This document shows positions 51,608 to 61,360 of a stretch of DNA of 64,000 nucleotides, one piece after another. How positions within the stretch are numbered: position 1 is the stretch's first letter; each line of letters opens with the position of its first letter. The position numbers and the translations under genes were made by a program. The notes below the pieces were generated by a model. The model was not told where the DNA came from. It did not search any database and saw only the letters and a program-made list of their open reading frames with translations. The DNA lies in NCBI GenBank assembly GCA_947449315.1, contig CANFRC010000001.1:237793-301792 (forward strand), given 5' to 3'. This DNA is from Bacteroidota bacterium. GTDB lineage: Bacteria; Bacteroidota; Bacteroidia; 2-12-FULL-35-15.

Positions 51608-53245
51608 CTATTTTTTCGGCAACCTTAACCAGAAAACAAATCCGTTTTTGCGGTAAAGCTCTTTCAGCTCCGGATATTTTTCGTTGATCTCCCCTCGTGT
51701 GGTAATTTTACTTACAAAATAAGCCGGCTTATCAATGTCGCCTTTCAACAACCAGTCGGAATTGTAACTATTACTGTTTGATTGCAGCTGTTTATCTGAA
51801 TAAAAGAAATGCGCGTAGCTTTTAAAACCATAGGTTTCCACATAACAATCTTTGCTTTGTAACGACTTATAGAACTCAATGGCTGCAGCTTGAGAATATT
51901 GCTCGATGCGGGGCGCGATCACTACAGATGATAAATTGACCGTTAATAAAGAGATTATAAAAATACCTACAATACCCCATTTTGTTTTTCCTCTGTTGAT
52001 CAAAACTAGCATCACTCCTACTCCAACAATCAGCAAAGCGCCTATCAGCCATTCGAAGCCCGTCCATTGAACAGTGGCTTTTAAATTTTCCAGTCCAAAT
52101 TTATCTTTAACGATATTGGCATCAATTATTTTTTGTTTGTATTTATCAATAAAAGGAAGCGCAGAAATAGTGAGTCCGATGATGCTAGCAATGCTCATCA
52201 ATAAAATGCTGGTTACTTTTTTCCATCGGAGTTCCCCGTTGATTAGTTTGTAGATACCATAAGCCCCCATAAAACTTAAAGGGAAATAACACAAAGACGA
52301 ATAATGAACTATTTTAGTTTTCACGATGCTGAACAAGATCAACACCACCCAGAACAAGATCATCATCCAACGTTTGAAATGTTTTTGATAGGGTGTATCA
52401 GAGGAGCTGCTTTTAAATCCTCTTAAAGCAAAAACAGACATTGGAAAACAACCTATTAAAAGTACCAGCCAATGGTAATAGAAAGGACCACCATGACCTG
52501 CATCTTGCGTGTTGAACAACCGAACCTGGTATAAAAAAAACTCCTGAATGATCTCATTATGACCGGTCAGAAACAGCATCAGGAACCACAAACCGCCAAC
52601 GGCAGCTACTGCAAAAGCATATAAAAGCATGTGCTTAACAGGCATAACTTGTTTAAAACGTGTGAGTATCCAATATACCCCAAAGCACAAGCCGAATACA
52701 AGCACTGCAACAGGTCCTTTTGTCAAAACTCCTAAACCAATGAATAAAGCAGAAAGTAAAAGAAGTTGCAGACTTCTATTGTTACTATATAAAATAAAAT
52801 AATAGATGCCACTGAAAATAAAAAGATTGAACCAGGGATCGATGATTCCGGATTTAAAATAAAAGTGTGGCAGAAAAGAGGCGGCAAAGGCCAACATCCA
52901 TACTAATCCAAAGCGTTCATCATACAGCTTTCTACCGATGTTAAAAACAAGGACGAGGGTGATGATACCACAAACAGCATTAGGCAAACGGGCAGCAAAT
53001 TCATTTATTCCGAATGTCGCCATAGATAAAGCTTGCATCCAGATAAAGATAGGAGGCTTTTCCCAGAAGGGTTGAAAATTGATCTTTACAGAAAAATAAT
53101 CGTGAGTGACCAACATTTCACGAGCACATTCAGCAAAGTTGATTTCATCCCAATCAAATAAATGGACCGCTCCAAGGAAAGGAACAAAGAGTATTATTGC
53201 GCCTAATACGATTAAAATAGAATATCGAAATGCGCTAGTTTTCAT
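51608..53245 (-). CDS. ArnT-like (GT39/GT83) glycosyltransferase
   Basis: LFDWDEINFAECAREM, FWEKPP, EFAARLP, LTKGP. Confidence 0.85.
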   Translation of the reverse strand: MKTSAFRYSILIVLGAIILFVPFLGAVHLFDWDEINFAECAREMLVTHDYFSVKINFQPFWEKPPIFIWMQALSMATFGINEFAARLPNAVCGIITLVLVFNIGRKLYDERFGLVWMLAFAASFLPHFYFKSGIIDPWFNLFIFSGIYYFILYSNNRSLQLLLLSALFIGLGVLTKGPVAVLVFGLCFGVYWILTRFKQVMPVKHMLLYAFAVAAVGGLWFLMLFLTGHNEIIQEFFLYQVRLFNTQDAGHGGPFYYHWLVLLIGCFPMSVFALRGFKSSSSDTPYQKHFKRWMMILFWVVLILFSIVKTKIVHYSSLCYFPLSFMGAYGIYKLINGELRWKKVTSILLMSIASIIGLTISALPFIDKYKQKIIDANIVKDKFGLENLKATVQWTGFEWLIGALLIVGVGVMLVLINRGKTKWGIVGIFIISLLTVNLSSVVIAPRIEQYSQAAAIEFYKSLQSKDCYVETYGFKSYAHFFYSDKQLQSNSNSYNSDWLLKGDIDKPAYFVSKITTRGEINEKYPELKELYRKNGFVFWLRLPKK

Positions 53246-53886
53246 TCGTTAGCAGGTATTAAAGATCTTTCCAGCCAGGGATTTTTAGCGGAACTTATCC
53301 ATTTGAATACAAGTATGGAAACCACCACTCCAATGAGCGAACCGGCATAAACATCTTGTAAGAAGTGTTGCGATAAATAGATGCGCGAATACCCCACTAA
53401 AAAAGCAATGGCAAATAAAATAAATTTATAGCGTTTGTCATCAATGAGCAATGCCAAAGAAAAATACAAAGAGAACGCACAAGTAGCGTGTCCGGAAGGA
53501 AAGCTGTTGTATAAATAATTATCGGTACCTGGAACAAAATACAAATCATGAACACCTTCAAAGAATTTTTTTGGGCGCACCACATCCGAAAAAAATGTGT
53601 GTTTAAGTGTTTGAGTGATGGCCGCAGAAAAAATATTTGCAAGACCGACGATGATTGCATACCTGTATTTGACTACAAGAAGAAGAATGATCGTTAATGC
53701 AGCAGCAACACCATCTCCTAAAAAAGTGATATACGTGAACAACACATTAAAAAAGGAATTGTGATAGGAATTGAATTCCAGGTGTGTATCAGCTTTGCTA
53801 TTTGCAATGATCAATAGTGCACCCAGAAGGAGAAAGATAAGATAAGGAAAAATAAATGAAAGATTGGCTCTTAAGATGGCTTTCAC
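53242..53886 (-). CDS. PAP2 family membrane phosphatase
   Basis: K..RP, SFPSGH, SRIYLSQHF.QD; 4-nt overlap with the ArnT-like gene. Confidence 0.9.
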   Translation of the reverse strand: MKAILRANLSFIFPYLIFLLLGALLIIANSKADTHLEFNSYHNSFFNVLFTYITFLGDGVAAALTIILLLVVKYRYAIIVGLANIFSAAITQTLKHTFFSDVVRPKKFFEGVHDLYFVPGTDNYLYNSFPSGHATCAFSLYFSLALLIDDKRYKFILFAIAFLVGYSRIYLSQHFLQDVYAGSLIGVVVSILVFKWISSAKNPWLERSLIPANE

Positions 53887-53916
53887 GTCAATGCAATTAA
53901 ACGGGTGCGGAAATAA

Positions 53917-55059
53917 TTAGTTAGAACCTAAAACACCTAATAATTTATTTACTTGACTATCCCAAAGTAATTTTGAAGTTTCCATATCAGAAGCTTCATC
54001 TGCGAAATCAATAATAATAAGTGAAGTGTCGCCAGTTAATTCATCCTTTTCGATACGGAATTCAAAATAGGTTCCTTCCGGTTTGTCCATCCAGCGAAGA
54101 CGGATAAATTTATCTTCTTTAAATCCAAGTAATTTTGCTTTTTGCTCACTTCCATCCCAGAAAAAAGTAAACATACCGTCACGGATATTCACATCGTCTG
54201 CGAACCATTCGGATAAACCACTTGGAGAGGTAATAAATTCATACAAGATACCTGCAGAAGTACGAATCACATACTCCAGTTCAAATTTTCCTTTCGGCTC
54301 TTTTTTAGGAATAATAGCACCTTTTTTTCCGCTATTCTCAGATGGAGCAACGGTAAGAGAGGTCATAGGATTCACAAAGGTTTTTAAGATCTTAGGAACT
54401 TTAGGGCCATTTTTCTTCTTTTTAGTACTTGCTATTAATTGTTCGATCAATTCATCATGCACAATTTCCGGCTCATCATCATCATCTCCATCCTTCTTCT
54501 TTGGCTTTCTTCCTCCTTTTGATCTGCTAGGCTTTATTTTTATAGGCTTGATTTGTTCTTTTTCTTCACTTTTTTTGGCTACTACCTTGATCACAACTTT
54601 CTCTTCTTTAGCTAATTTCACTGATTTTTCCGGTGCAACTACCTTTTTTGCACCCTTTGCAGGCTTCACAACTTTCAATTCAAGCTTCCCGCCTACTGGA
54701 CGGGCAGGTTTTACAGGCAATTTTACCACTTTAACCGGCTTAACAACCTTTTTAGCAATCGCTTTAACTGGTTTCTGTACTTTCCTGCCTGCAGGACGGG
54801 CAGATTTAGGGGTCACTTTTTTAGCAATCGCTTTCTTCACCACCTTTTTAACAGGTTTAACAGTCTTTTTAGGCACTATTTTCTTCGCAACCTTCTTCGC
54901 AACTTGTTTCTTTGCAGCGGGTTTAGACGATTTAACGACCTTTTTTACAGATATTTTTTTTGCTGCCTTAGCTAGCTTCGCTTTTTGGGCTACAGACTTT
55001 GCTTTAGCAGGTTTAGATGACTTTTTCACTGGTTGGGATTTACTTTGCTTTTTGCTCAT
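53917..55059 (-). CDS. Lys/Ala/Val/Pro-rich (H1-like) region fused to a C-terminal START-like (SRPBCC) domain
   Basis: C-terminal ~123 aa KFELEY...TSPSGLSEWFADDVN...LWDSQV; N-terminal ~255 aa of KKVAKK/KPVKK-type repeats. Confidence 0.82.
   Translation of the reverse strand: MSKKQSKSQPVKKSSKPAKAKSVAQKAKLAKAAKKISVKKVVKSSKPAAKKQVAKKVAKKIVPKKTVKPVKKVVKKAIAKKVTPKSARPAGRKVQKPVKAIAKKVVKPVKVVKLPVKPARPVGGKLELKVVKPAKGAKKVVAPEKSVKLAKEEKVVIKVVAKKSEEKEQIKPIKIKPSRSKGGRKPKKKDGDDDDEPEIVHDELIEQLIASTKKKKNGPKVPKILKTFVNPMTSLTVAPSENSGKKGAIIPKKEPKGKFELEYVIRTSAGILYEFITSPSGLSEWFADDVNIRDGMFTFFWDGSEQKAKLLGFKEDKFIRLRWMDKPEGTYFEFRIEKDELTGDTSLIIIDFADEASDMETSKLLWDSQVNKLLGVLGSN
54688..54708 (-). repeat. 21-nt GC-rich palindromic element, copy 1 (encodes PARPVGG)
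   Basis: CCTGCCCGTCCAGTAGGCGGG; 16/21 GC; terminal 6-bp stem. Confidence 0.7.
54784..54804 (-). repeat. 21-nt GC-rich palindromic element, copy 2 (encodes SARPAGR)
   Basis: TCTGCCCGTCCTGCAGGCAGG; 15/21 GC; 17/21 identical to copy 1. Confidence 0.7.
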
Positions 55060-55152
55060 TTTAATTGCCTTTTAAAACAAAACTCACGCAATATATAAAA
55101 AAATATTAACCTTCCTATAGATATGTTTTGTTAAAAAAACTAAAAAGGACTT

Positions 55153-55182
55153 TTTGATATGAAAAGATAAACACTATATTTG
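55153..55182 (+). promoter_or_regulatory. tRNA promoter (-33 TTTG, -7 TATATTTG)
   Basis: TTTG 55153-56, 18-nt spacer, TAnnTTTG 55175-82. Confidence 0.65.
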
Positions 55183-55233
55183 CGCCCTCAAAAACAAAAT
55201 GAAACGATTTATTCAGGCGTTTTTGATACACAT

Positions 55234-55307
55234 GGCGAGGTAGCTCAGATGGTTAGAGCGCAGGATTCATAACCCTGAGGTCTCGGGTTCAACTCCCGAT
55301 CTCGCTA
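55234..55307 (+). tRNA. tRNA-Met(CAT), elongator type; CCA not encoded
   Basis: Cloverleaf: acceptor GGCGAGG/TCTCGCT, D-arm AGCTCAG..GG..AGAGC, anticodon CAT 55268-70, GGTTCAA T-loop, A73; lacks initiator hallmarks (C1:A72 mismatch, three G-C anticodon pairs). Confidence 0.93.
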
Positions 55308-55310
55308 CAC

Positions 55311-55340
55311 AGAAAGCCCCTGATTATCAGGGGCTTTTCT
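55311..55340. terminator. hairpin terminator after tRNA-Met
   Basis: AGAAAGCCCCTGAT-T-ATCAGGGGCTTTTCT. Confidence 0.75.
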
Positions 55341-55608
55341 TATCTAAGTGTCCGCTAATCAAAAAACTTTCCCTTTGAACTACTACTGAATTGAAAGCAA
55401 CTGAAAACCCACACGAAGCGCATAGAATGTTTGCTTAGGAAATTCTCGAAAATCAAATTAACAGGTAACGTTTTTTATACATTCTTTGGAAGTAACAGCT
55501 CTTACACCATTCAATGCGAATAGATTGCTTATAAACTATATCCATTATCAAAATATGAACTTTTAAGACCTATTATTGTTATCTTTGTTCTCCTAATACT
55601 TGACTATA

Positions 55609-56820
55609 ATGCAATCTGTTCTAAATACCATTGAAGAAGCGATTCTGGAATTAAAAGCCGGGAAAGTAATTATTGTTGTGGATGATGAAGGTCGTGAGAA
55701 TGAAGGCGATTTTATTACTGCTGCCAACAACGTAACTCCTGAAGTGATCAATTTCATGGCAACACACGGCCGCGGACTCATTTGCGCTGCGATCACCGAA
55801 AAACGTGCGGATGAATTAGGGTTGGAAATGATGGTCAGCAATAACACTGCTGAACACAGCACTGCTTTTACTGTATCAGTCGACCTACTCGGCTATGGCT
55901 GCACAACAGGTATCTCTGCCTCTGATCGTTCTAAAACAATTCAAGCACTTATCAATCCTAACATTAAACCGGAAGAGTTTGGTAAACCAGGGCATATCTT
56001 TCCCTTAAAAGCTAAAAATGGCGGTGTCTTGCGCAGAGCGGGTCATACCGAAGCAACTATAGATCTTGCTAAACTTGCTGGTTTTGAACCTGCAGGTGCA
56101 TTAGTGGAGATCATGAACGAAGACGGAACAATGGCGCGTTTGCCCCAATTGTTGGAGATTGCTAAAAAACATCATCTAAAAATTATTTCTATTGAAGATT
56201 TGATTGCTTACAGAATAAAAAATGAAAGCATTATCATCAAAAATGTTCAGGTAAAAATGCCAACACAGTGGGGTAATTTTGAATTAGTCGCCTACCGTCA
56301 AACCACCAACGATCAGGAACATCTTGCCTTGATCAAAGGTACATGGAATAAAGACGAACCGGTTTTGGTACGTGTTCACTCTTCGTGTTTAACAGGCGAC
56401 ATTTTCGGTTCTTGTCGTTGCGACTGCGGTCCGCAACTTCATAAATCCATGGAGATGATTGAGAAAGAAGGGAAAGGTATTATTGTATATATGAATCAGG
56501 AAGGTCGAGGAATCGGATTACTGAATAAATTAAAAGCTTACAAATTACAGGAAGAAGGTCGCGATACGGTAGAAGCAAATGAAGAACTTGGCTTTAAACC
56601 CGATGAACGTGATTACGGTGTAGGTGCTCAAATATTAAGAGACCTTGGCATTTCTAAGATCCGTTTGATGAGTAATAATCCTAAAAAACGAGCTGGACTT
56701 ATTGGTTACGGATTAGAGATCGTTGAAAATGTTTCCATTGAAATACAATCGAACGAACACAACAAATTTTATCTACAAACCAAACGAGATAAAATGGGAC
56801 ATACCTTAAAAATTGAATAA
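55609..56820 (+). CDS. ribBA: bifunctional DHBP synthase / GTP cyclohydrolase II; start ATG 55609
   Basis: [47 protein letters not shown]; TATCTTTG at 55580. Confidence 0.97.
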   Translation: MQSVLNTIEEAILELKAGKVIIVVDDEGRENEGDFITAANNVTPEVINFMATHGRGLICAAITEKRADELGLEMMVSNNTAEHSTAFTVSVDLLGYGCTTGISASDRSKTIQALINPNIKPEEFGKPGHIFPLKAKNGGVLRRAGHTEATIDLAKLAGFEPAGALVEIMNEDGTMARLPQLLEIAKKHHLKIISIEDLIAYRIKNESIIIKNVQVKMPTQWGNFELVAYRQTTNDQEHLALIKGTWNKDEPVLVRVHSSCLTGDIFGSCRCDCGPQLHKSMEMIEKEGKGIIVYMNQEGRGIGLLNKLKAYKLQEEGRDTVEANEELGFKPDERDYGVGAQILRDLGISKIRLMSNNPKKRAGLIGYGLEIVENVSIEIQSNEHNKFYLQTKRDKMGHTLKIE

Positions 56821-56853
56821 AAAAAACGCTGCAACTTGCAGCGTTTTTTTATT
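56816..56853. terminator. bidirectional terminator overlapping the ribBA and tamB stop codons
   Basis: AATAAAAAAAACGCTGCAA-C-TTGCAGCGTTTTTTTATT. Confidence 0.85.
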
Positions 56854-59800
56854 CCGGTGGTGTACCAGTATCCTGTTCTTCCTTCTTCTTCGGGTGTTTC
56901 CAGCCGTGAATCGTTTCCAAGTATTGTTTGTACAGTTCTCCTATTGTGTTGAATTCTTCTCTATAAAAAACTCCAACACCTTGTGTGTAGGGTGAGTTAT
57001 TGATTGCCTGCGTATTATCATTCGTTTTATTAAACGCTTTCACCCTCACCTTTCCATCATCTGTAATTTTATAATCCACATTCACATCCCCTACAATATT
57101 ATTTGTTGCCTGCGAATTGGGGTTGTTACCAACGTTCCCTTCAATAGAAAGTTTGTCGTTAAACAATTGTGTCGATAAAGCCACCGCTACTTCATCCTTG
57201 CTGATAGCATCGCCGGGACGGTAGTTTACACCAATATCAAAATCTTTACTAATCTTACTCAACATGTTACTCAACTGATTCGACAACATCTCGCTGGTAT
57301 TGGCTCCTGCAGCTCCTGCAGCTGCATTTGGTCCTCCGCCACCATTCGCTAATTGATATGGTGTCACAAAACTATTCAGGATCAATAATGAGAATACCTG
57401 ACGGTTCACTTCAGCATCATTATTTATATAACTCAAAACGGTCTGACGTGTTTGTGCATCTACAGTAGGAATACCAATATCAAAATTAATGTCCGGCGAC
57501 AACAGATCTCCTGTCATGTTTAACTTCAAATCAATTGGATATCTTTTTTTTAGGTCTACTGTTGTAGTGGAAGTTGAATCGAAGAAAGGTTTTAGGGAAG
57601 CTCGGGCTTTATAAATAGCGTTAATATTTAGATCCGCTTTGTAAGGGATACCACTCCAACGGATGCTGCTACCTTTTTCTATATCAAACTTTTTGTTGAT
57701 GATATTTTGCAACGTGAATAAATAATCTCCATTCTCGATAGAATAATCGCCATACATTTTAAAATCACCTTGAGGGCTGATGTTCAGTTTAATATTTCCA
57801 TTTCCACGTGCCTTAATAATATCTCCCACTTTCTGATCGAAGATCAGTTGAATCTCTGCATCTGGAGTAACATCCACATCAAAATTAAGAGCAAGTCCGC
57901 CCAACTGAACATTGTATTTATCGAGTACAATGCTGCTATCCTTTTTAACAAATGTGATAAAATAATTCTGACTTACTTCTGTTGTCCCTCCCAGTGGAAT
58001 AAAAATTTTTGTAAAATCTGTTTTCGATAAGATATTTATTTTATCCGATTTATCTCTTGAGTTGATCTTCTCCGTTTTTACATTGGCATCTATCTGGATG
58101 TTATCCACAAAGCCAAAAATATTAATGATACCGGTCAAATATGCTTTCCCATAATACAATTCATTGTTAATTTCAGACGTATTCAAACACATGAGTTTGT
58201 TTGTCTTAATATCAAAATCGAGCTGAAAATTCTTAAAGTTTTCGTGATACACTTTACCTGTAACAACTGCTTTGTTATTATTCATATCATAGATTGTCAT
58301 ATTTTCTATTCCAAAAGAATTTTGATCAATCGTGATAGTATGTTTAAAACTATAAGTGGTATTCAGATAATCCACCTTTACCTTCTTCGCATCCACAGCA
58401 ATTGTTCCAGACAGAATCGGCTTTTTCAAAGAACCTTTTATTTTGACATTTCCATCGAACATACCACTAAATTCGGAACAGAAATTTTTAACATAAGGCG
58501 ATAATATTTCCATTTGAATGGCTTGGAGATTGAGCTCCATATCAATATTATCTTCCGTCTTATTAGGATAATAATATCCGGAGAATAAAATGTTTGGAAT
58601 TGTATTTCGAGTAAAAGAGCCATGAAGAAATAGTGCTTCTTTGGAATTATCCCAGATGCTTTTCAGGTCACCATTTCCGATCAAGGTATCGTTCACATGA
58701 AATGAACTAAAGGAAAGGTCACTCGTCAGAATCACTCCGTGATAGGGATCCGTGATCGATGTTGATCCCGTTGTTCGACCTTTAAACGTCAACCCCAAAG
58801 GACGCGTTAGACCATTCAAATTAGCGAGATTAAAATTGACCAGATCTAATTTCACCTGATCAGTTTTTATATCTGAAGCTATACCATTCAAAGAAATCGA
58901 TTGATTCTCGTGTTCAAAACTCAGCTCTTTTATTGTTATTCTGCTGGAGTCAATCAACACCTGATTGTCTTTACTAACATTCCAAATTGTATCGGCAATA
59001 ACAAAGAGAGATGGCAGGATCTTAAATTCTACACGTTTCCCAGTCTTAAAAAACAGGAAACTTTTCAAATCACCTTTGTAGAGTCTACTCGCAGCCTTAT
59101 TGTCCCAAGTAATTCCGATATTGATACTATCTGCTCGAGTTGTTGTAGCAATATTAAAATCAGTTAACCATAAACTATCAGTCATGTATAATTTTTCGCA
59201 AGAGGTACTCAACCTCAGGTCCTTGTTCTCAGATTGTGCATCCAGTTTCCAATTTTTCAATTGATGGCCGTATAGGTCTATTTTAGCTGAGTTCCCGGTG
59301 ATCACCAACTGATCATTTTCGGAGGTGAAGCTACCTTTGATGAATGTTTTGGGAGCAATGAAGATTCCAGGAAGAAATAAACGTGTTACAGGATCTGTTT
59401 TCTTGAATTTTACTTCATAAGCAAAATTTTCATGCACCAGATTTTGTTTGTCCATATTTCTGAAATTGGAAGGCAGGTATTTATGCAAGATGTCCTCTAT
59501 CTCACCTGGCATCTCAAGCAATGTGAAAACCCCTGTAATTTTAGCATCCGCGAAATCGGAAAATAATTTCAACGATTTGATTCCTTTATCTTCTTCAGAA
59601 ATAAGGTTGAACACACTCATTTTATAGGTTTCATCACCTTGTTTATAAATCGTATTATCAAAGTTAATCTGTCCAATAAAATTGTCAATGTTATTTCCGG
59701 TGATGTCAATGATCACCTGTGTAGACAAATCGGTTTTCTTAGTAGAATTAATAAAATGCAATGCTGCCAGATTTGCTTTGTTCAAGGTTGTTACAAAATC

Positions 59801-61360
59801 CAGCTTCGGTAATTTGTTTCTCAGATCGACATTTCCGATAAAATCAAAATCAATGTTATCGTCTTTCACATTTAGTTTACCATTAAAAATCTGCTTAGCG
59901 ATGCCACCCTCAATAGCAATATTCTGATACGTATATTGGTTAAATTCTACACTGTTGATGGTCCCTTTTAGCTGAGCTGCTGCATCTTCAATTGTTAACC
60001 CGGAACCATCTATATCTACATTCATGGTTGCTTTACCTAAAAATTTAGCACCTAAAAATTTCCCAAAATCAAACGATGTGGATTTCAACTTTCCTTTATA
60101 ATACTCTTTGTTCTTTTTGTAATCATGTCGGACAGATAAGTCGGAAGATAAATTCCCTAATGCCGAAGAGAAATTTCCATAGGCATAAAAATCATTATAT
60201 AGCCCCGTGAAGGTTCCTTTGAACTTTATATTCCCGAGCATTGCAAAGCTTGCAGGAACACTCAATGTTTTGTTGTTTTCAAACGGTGGAATGGGTATTT
60301 GTCTTAGATCAGCATAGTTGGTCGTGAGTTTTTCAACATTCAGATAAATCAACGTCTCATCAATTTTTGGTAAACCGGTTAAGGTAACATCACCTATAAA
60401 TTGAGTACTTTTTCCCAATTGAAGATTCATATGTTTTCCTTTAATGTCGCAAATCTTTCCACTTACTTTCCCCGAGAGTATAATGCTTTTTTTTATGCCT
60501 TTGAGATGCGGGGCAAAATATCCAACGTCACTCAACTCTAGTTTAGAATGATCGAATTCAGCATCGATTCTCACCTGATCCACAAAATCATTAAATGATT
60601 GATATCTCGGATATTTAAAAACTAGGTCGGTAGCAATCGTACTTTCTGGTGTGCTTATTTTAAGTTTATCCAAACGCAATCCAATCGGACTGATAGTAGC
60701 AATGCTGCTAAGGTTCTTCAAAACAAAACCACTTTTTTCTACCGCCGACAAATAATCTAGGGAAGCATGTATGGTATCCTGCTCAATATAAATATCTGCG
60801 AGGCGTGTGTTTATTTTTTTAATTGTCAGATCAGAAAAATTAATGCCTTTGGAAGTAGCGGTATCGTGTTCGTTCCGAAATGTGAAATCCGAATTGATCA
60901 GTGACACTTCGGCAAAGTTCACATCCCAAGGTGTATTGTTCGATTTCTTGGTGGTATCATTTGAAGTAAAGGCATCCAGGATAAACTGTAGGTTGAGGTC
61001 TTCTTCGGCTTTGTATTTTATAAGTTTGGTGGTCGTATTATACAGGATGATGTCCTTTATATTGATTTTATGCTTCTCAATATTAATATCGTTGATACCG
61101 ATCTTTATCTTTTTGGAATAGAGAAGCGTGTCTTTGTGCAGATCCTCAATAAATATATCTTCGATGACCACCCGATTAAAAAAATCGATCTCCACATTCC
61201 CAATCGCTACTTTGGTATTTAATTTTGCTGATAAATAGGTAGCTGCTTTGTGAGCTGTATACGTCTGAATAGTTTTCAGCTGTATAAGCAGGAACAGCAA
61301 CAACAACAGAAAGATCAGTGTTGCAAAAATGCGGTATAATATGTTTGCTAGTTTTTTAAT
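56849..61360 (-). CDS. tamB: translocation/assembly module TamB family protein; start uncertain (ATT 61360 or CTG 61372)
   Basis: ~1500 aa beta-rich; N-terminal TM helix; C-terminal DUF490-type GDYSIENGDYLFT, NYRPGD, QLFNDKL, TQGVGVFYREEF. Confidence 0.85.
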   Translation of the reverse strand: MKKLANILYRIFATLIFLLLLLFLLIQLKTIQTYTAHKAATYLSAKLNTKVAIGNVEIDFFNRVVIEDIFIEDLHKDTLLYSKKIKIGINDINIEKHKINIKDIILYNTTTKLIKYKAEEDLNLQFILDAFTSNDTTKKSNNTPWDVNFAEVSLINSDFTFRNEHDTATSKGINFSDLTIKKINTRLADIYIEQDTIHASLDYLSAVEKSGFVLKNLSSIATISPIGLRLDKLKISTPESTIATDLVFKYPRYQSFNDFVDQVRIDAEFDHSKLELSDVGYFAPHLKGIKKSIILSGKVSGKICDIKGKHMNLQLGKSTQFIGDVTLTGLPKIDETLIYLNVEKLTTNYADLRQIPIPPFENNKTLSVPASFAMLGNIKFKGTFTGLYNDFYAYGNFSSALGNLSSDLSVRHDYKKNKEYYKGKLKSTSFDFGKFLGAKFLGKATMNVDIDGSGLTIEDAAAQLKGTINSVEFNQYTYQNIAIEGGIAKQIFNGKLNVKDDNIDFDFIGNVDLRNKLPKLDFVTTLNKANLAALHFINSTKKTDLSTQVIIDITGNNIDNFIGQINFDNTIYKQGDETYKMSVFNLISEEDKGIKSLKLFSDFADAKITGVFTLLEMPGEIEDILHKYLPSNFRNMDKQNLVHENFAYEVKFKKTDPVTRLFLPGIFIAPKTFIKGSFTSENDQLVITGNSAKIDLYGHQLKNWKLDAQSENKDLRLSTSCEKLYMTDSLWLTDFNIATTTRADSINIGITWDNKAASRLYKGDLKSFLFFKTGKRVEFKILPSLFVIADTIWNVSKDNQVLIDSSRITIKELSFEHENQSISLNGIASDIKTDQVKLDLVNFNLANLNGLTRPLGLTFKGRTTGSTSITDPYHGVILTSDLSFSSFHVNDTLIGNGDLKSIWDNSKEALFLHGSFTRNTIPNILFSGYYYPNKTEDNIDMELNLQAIQMEILSPYVKNFCSEFSGMFDGNVKIKGSLKKPILSGTIAVDAKKVKVDYLNTTYSFKHTITIDQNSFGIENMTIYDMNNNKAVVTGKVYHENFKNFQLDFDIKTNKLMCLNTSEINNELYYGKAYLTGIINIFGFVDNIQIDANVKTEKINSRDKSDKINILSKTDFTKIFIPLGGTTEVSQNYFITFVKKDSSIVLDKYNVQLGGLALNFDVDVTPDAEIQLIFDQKVGDIIKARGNGNIKLNISPQGDFKMYGDYSIENGDYLFTLQNIINKKFDIEKGSSIRWSGIPYKADLNINAIYKARASLKPFFDSTSTTTVDLKKRYPIDLKLNMTGDLLSPDINFDIGIPTVDAQTRQTVLSYINNDAEVNRQVFSLLILNSFVTPYQLANGGGGPNAAAGAAGANTSEMLSNQLSNMLSKISKDFDIGVNYRPGDAISKDEVAVALSTQLFNDKLSIEGNVGNNPNSQATNNIVGDVNVDYKITDDGKVRVKAFNKTNDNTQAINNSPYTQGVGVFYREEFNTIGELYKQYLETIHGWKHPKKKEEQDTGTPPE

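Noticed and set aside
35130-55059. HU, THX tail, agmatinase and H1-START as one 'charge-neutralisation' system
   Set aside because: Spread over 20 kb in separate transcription units; no evidence of linkage beyond theme
54083-55075. 330-aa antisense ORF (Phe/Leu/Thr-rich) opposite the START fusion
   Set aside because: Mirror of Lys/Ala/Val/Pro codons, whose reverse complements rarely give stops; no independent motif
55234-55307. Initiator tRNA-fMet or tRNA-Ile2 identity
   Set aside because: Paired G1-U72 and no GGG/CCC anticodon stem exclude fMet; G2-C71, C3-G70 and A73 favour elongator Met (Ile2 not formally excluded)
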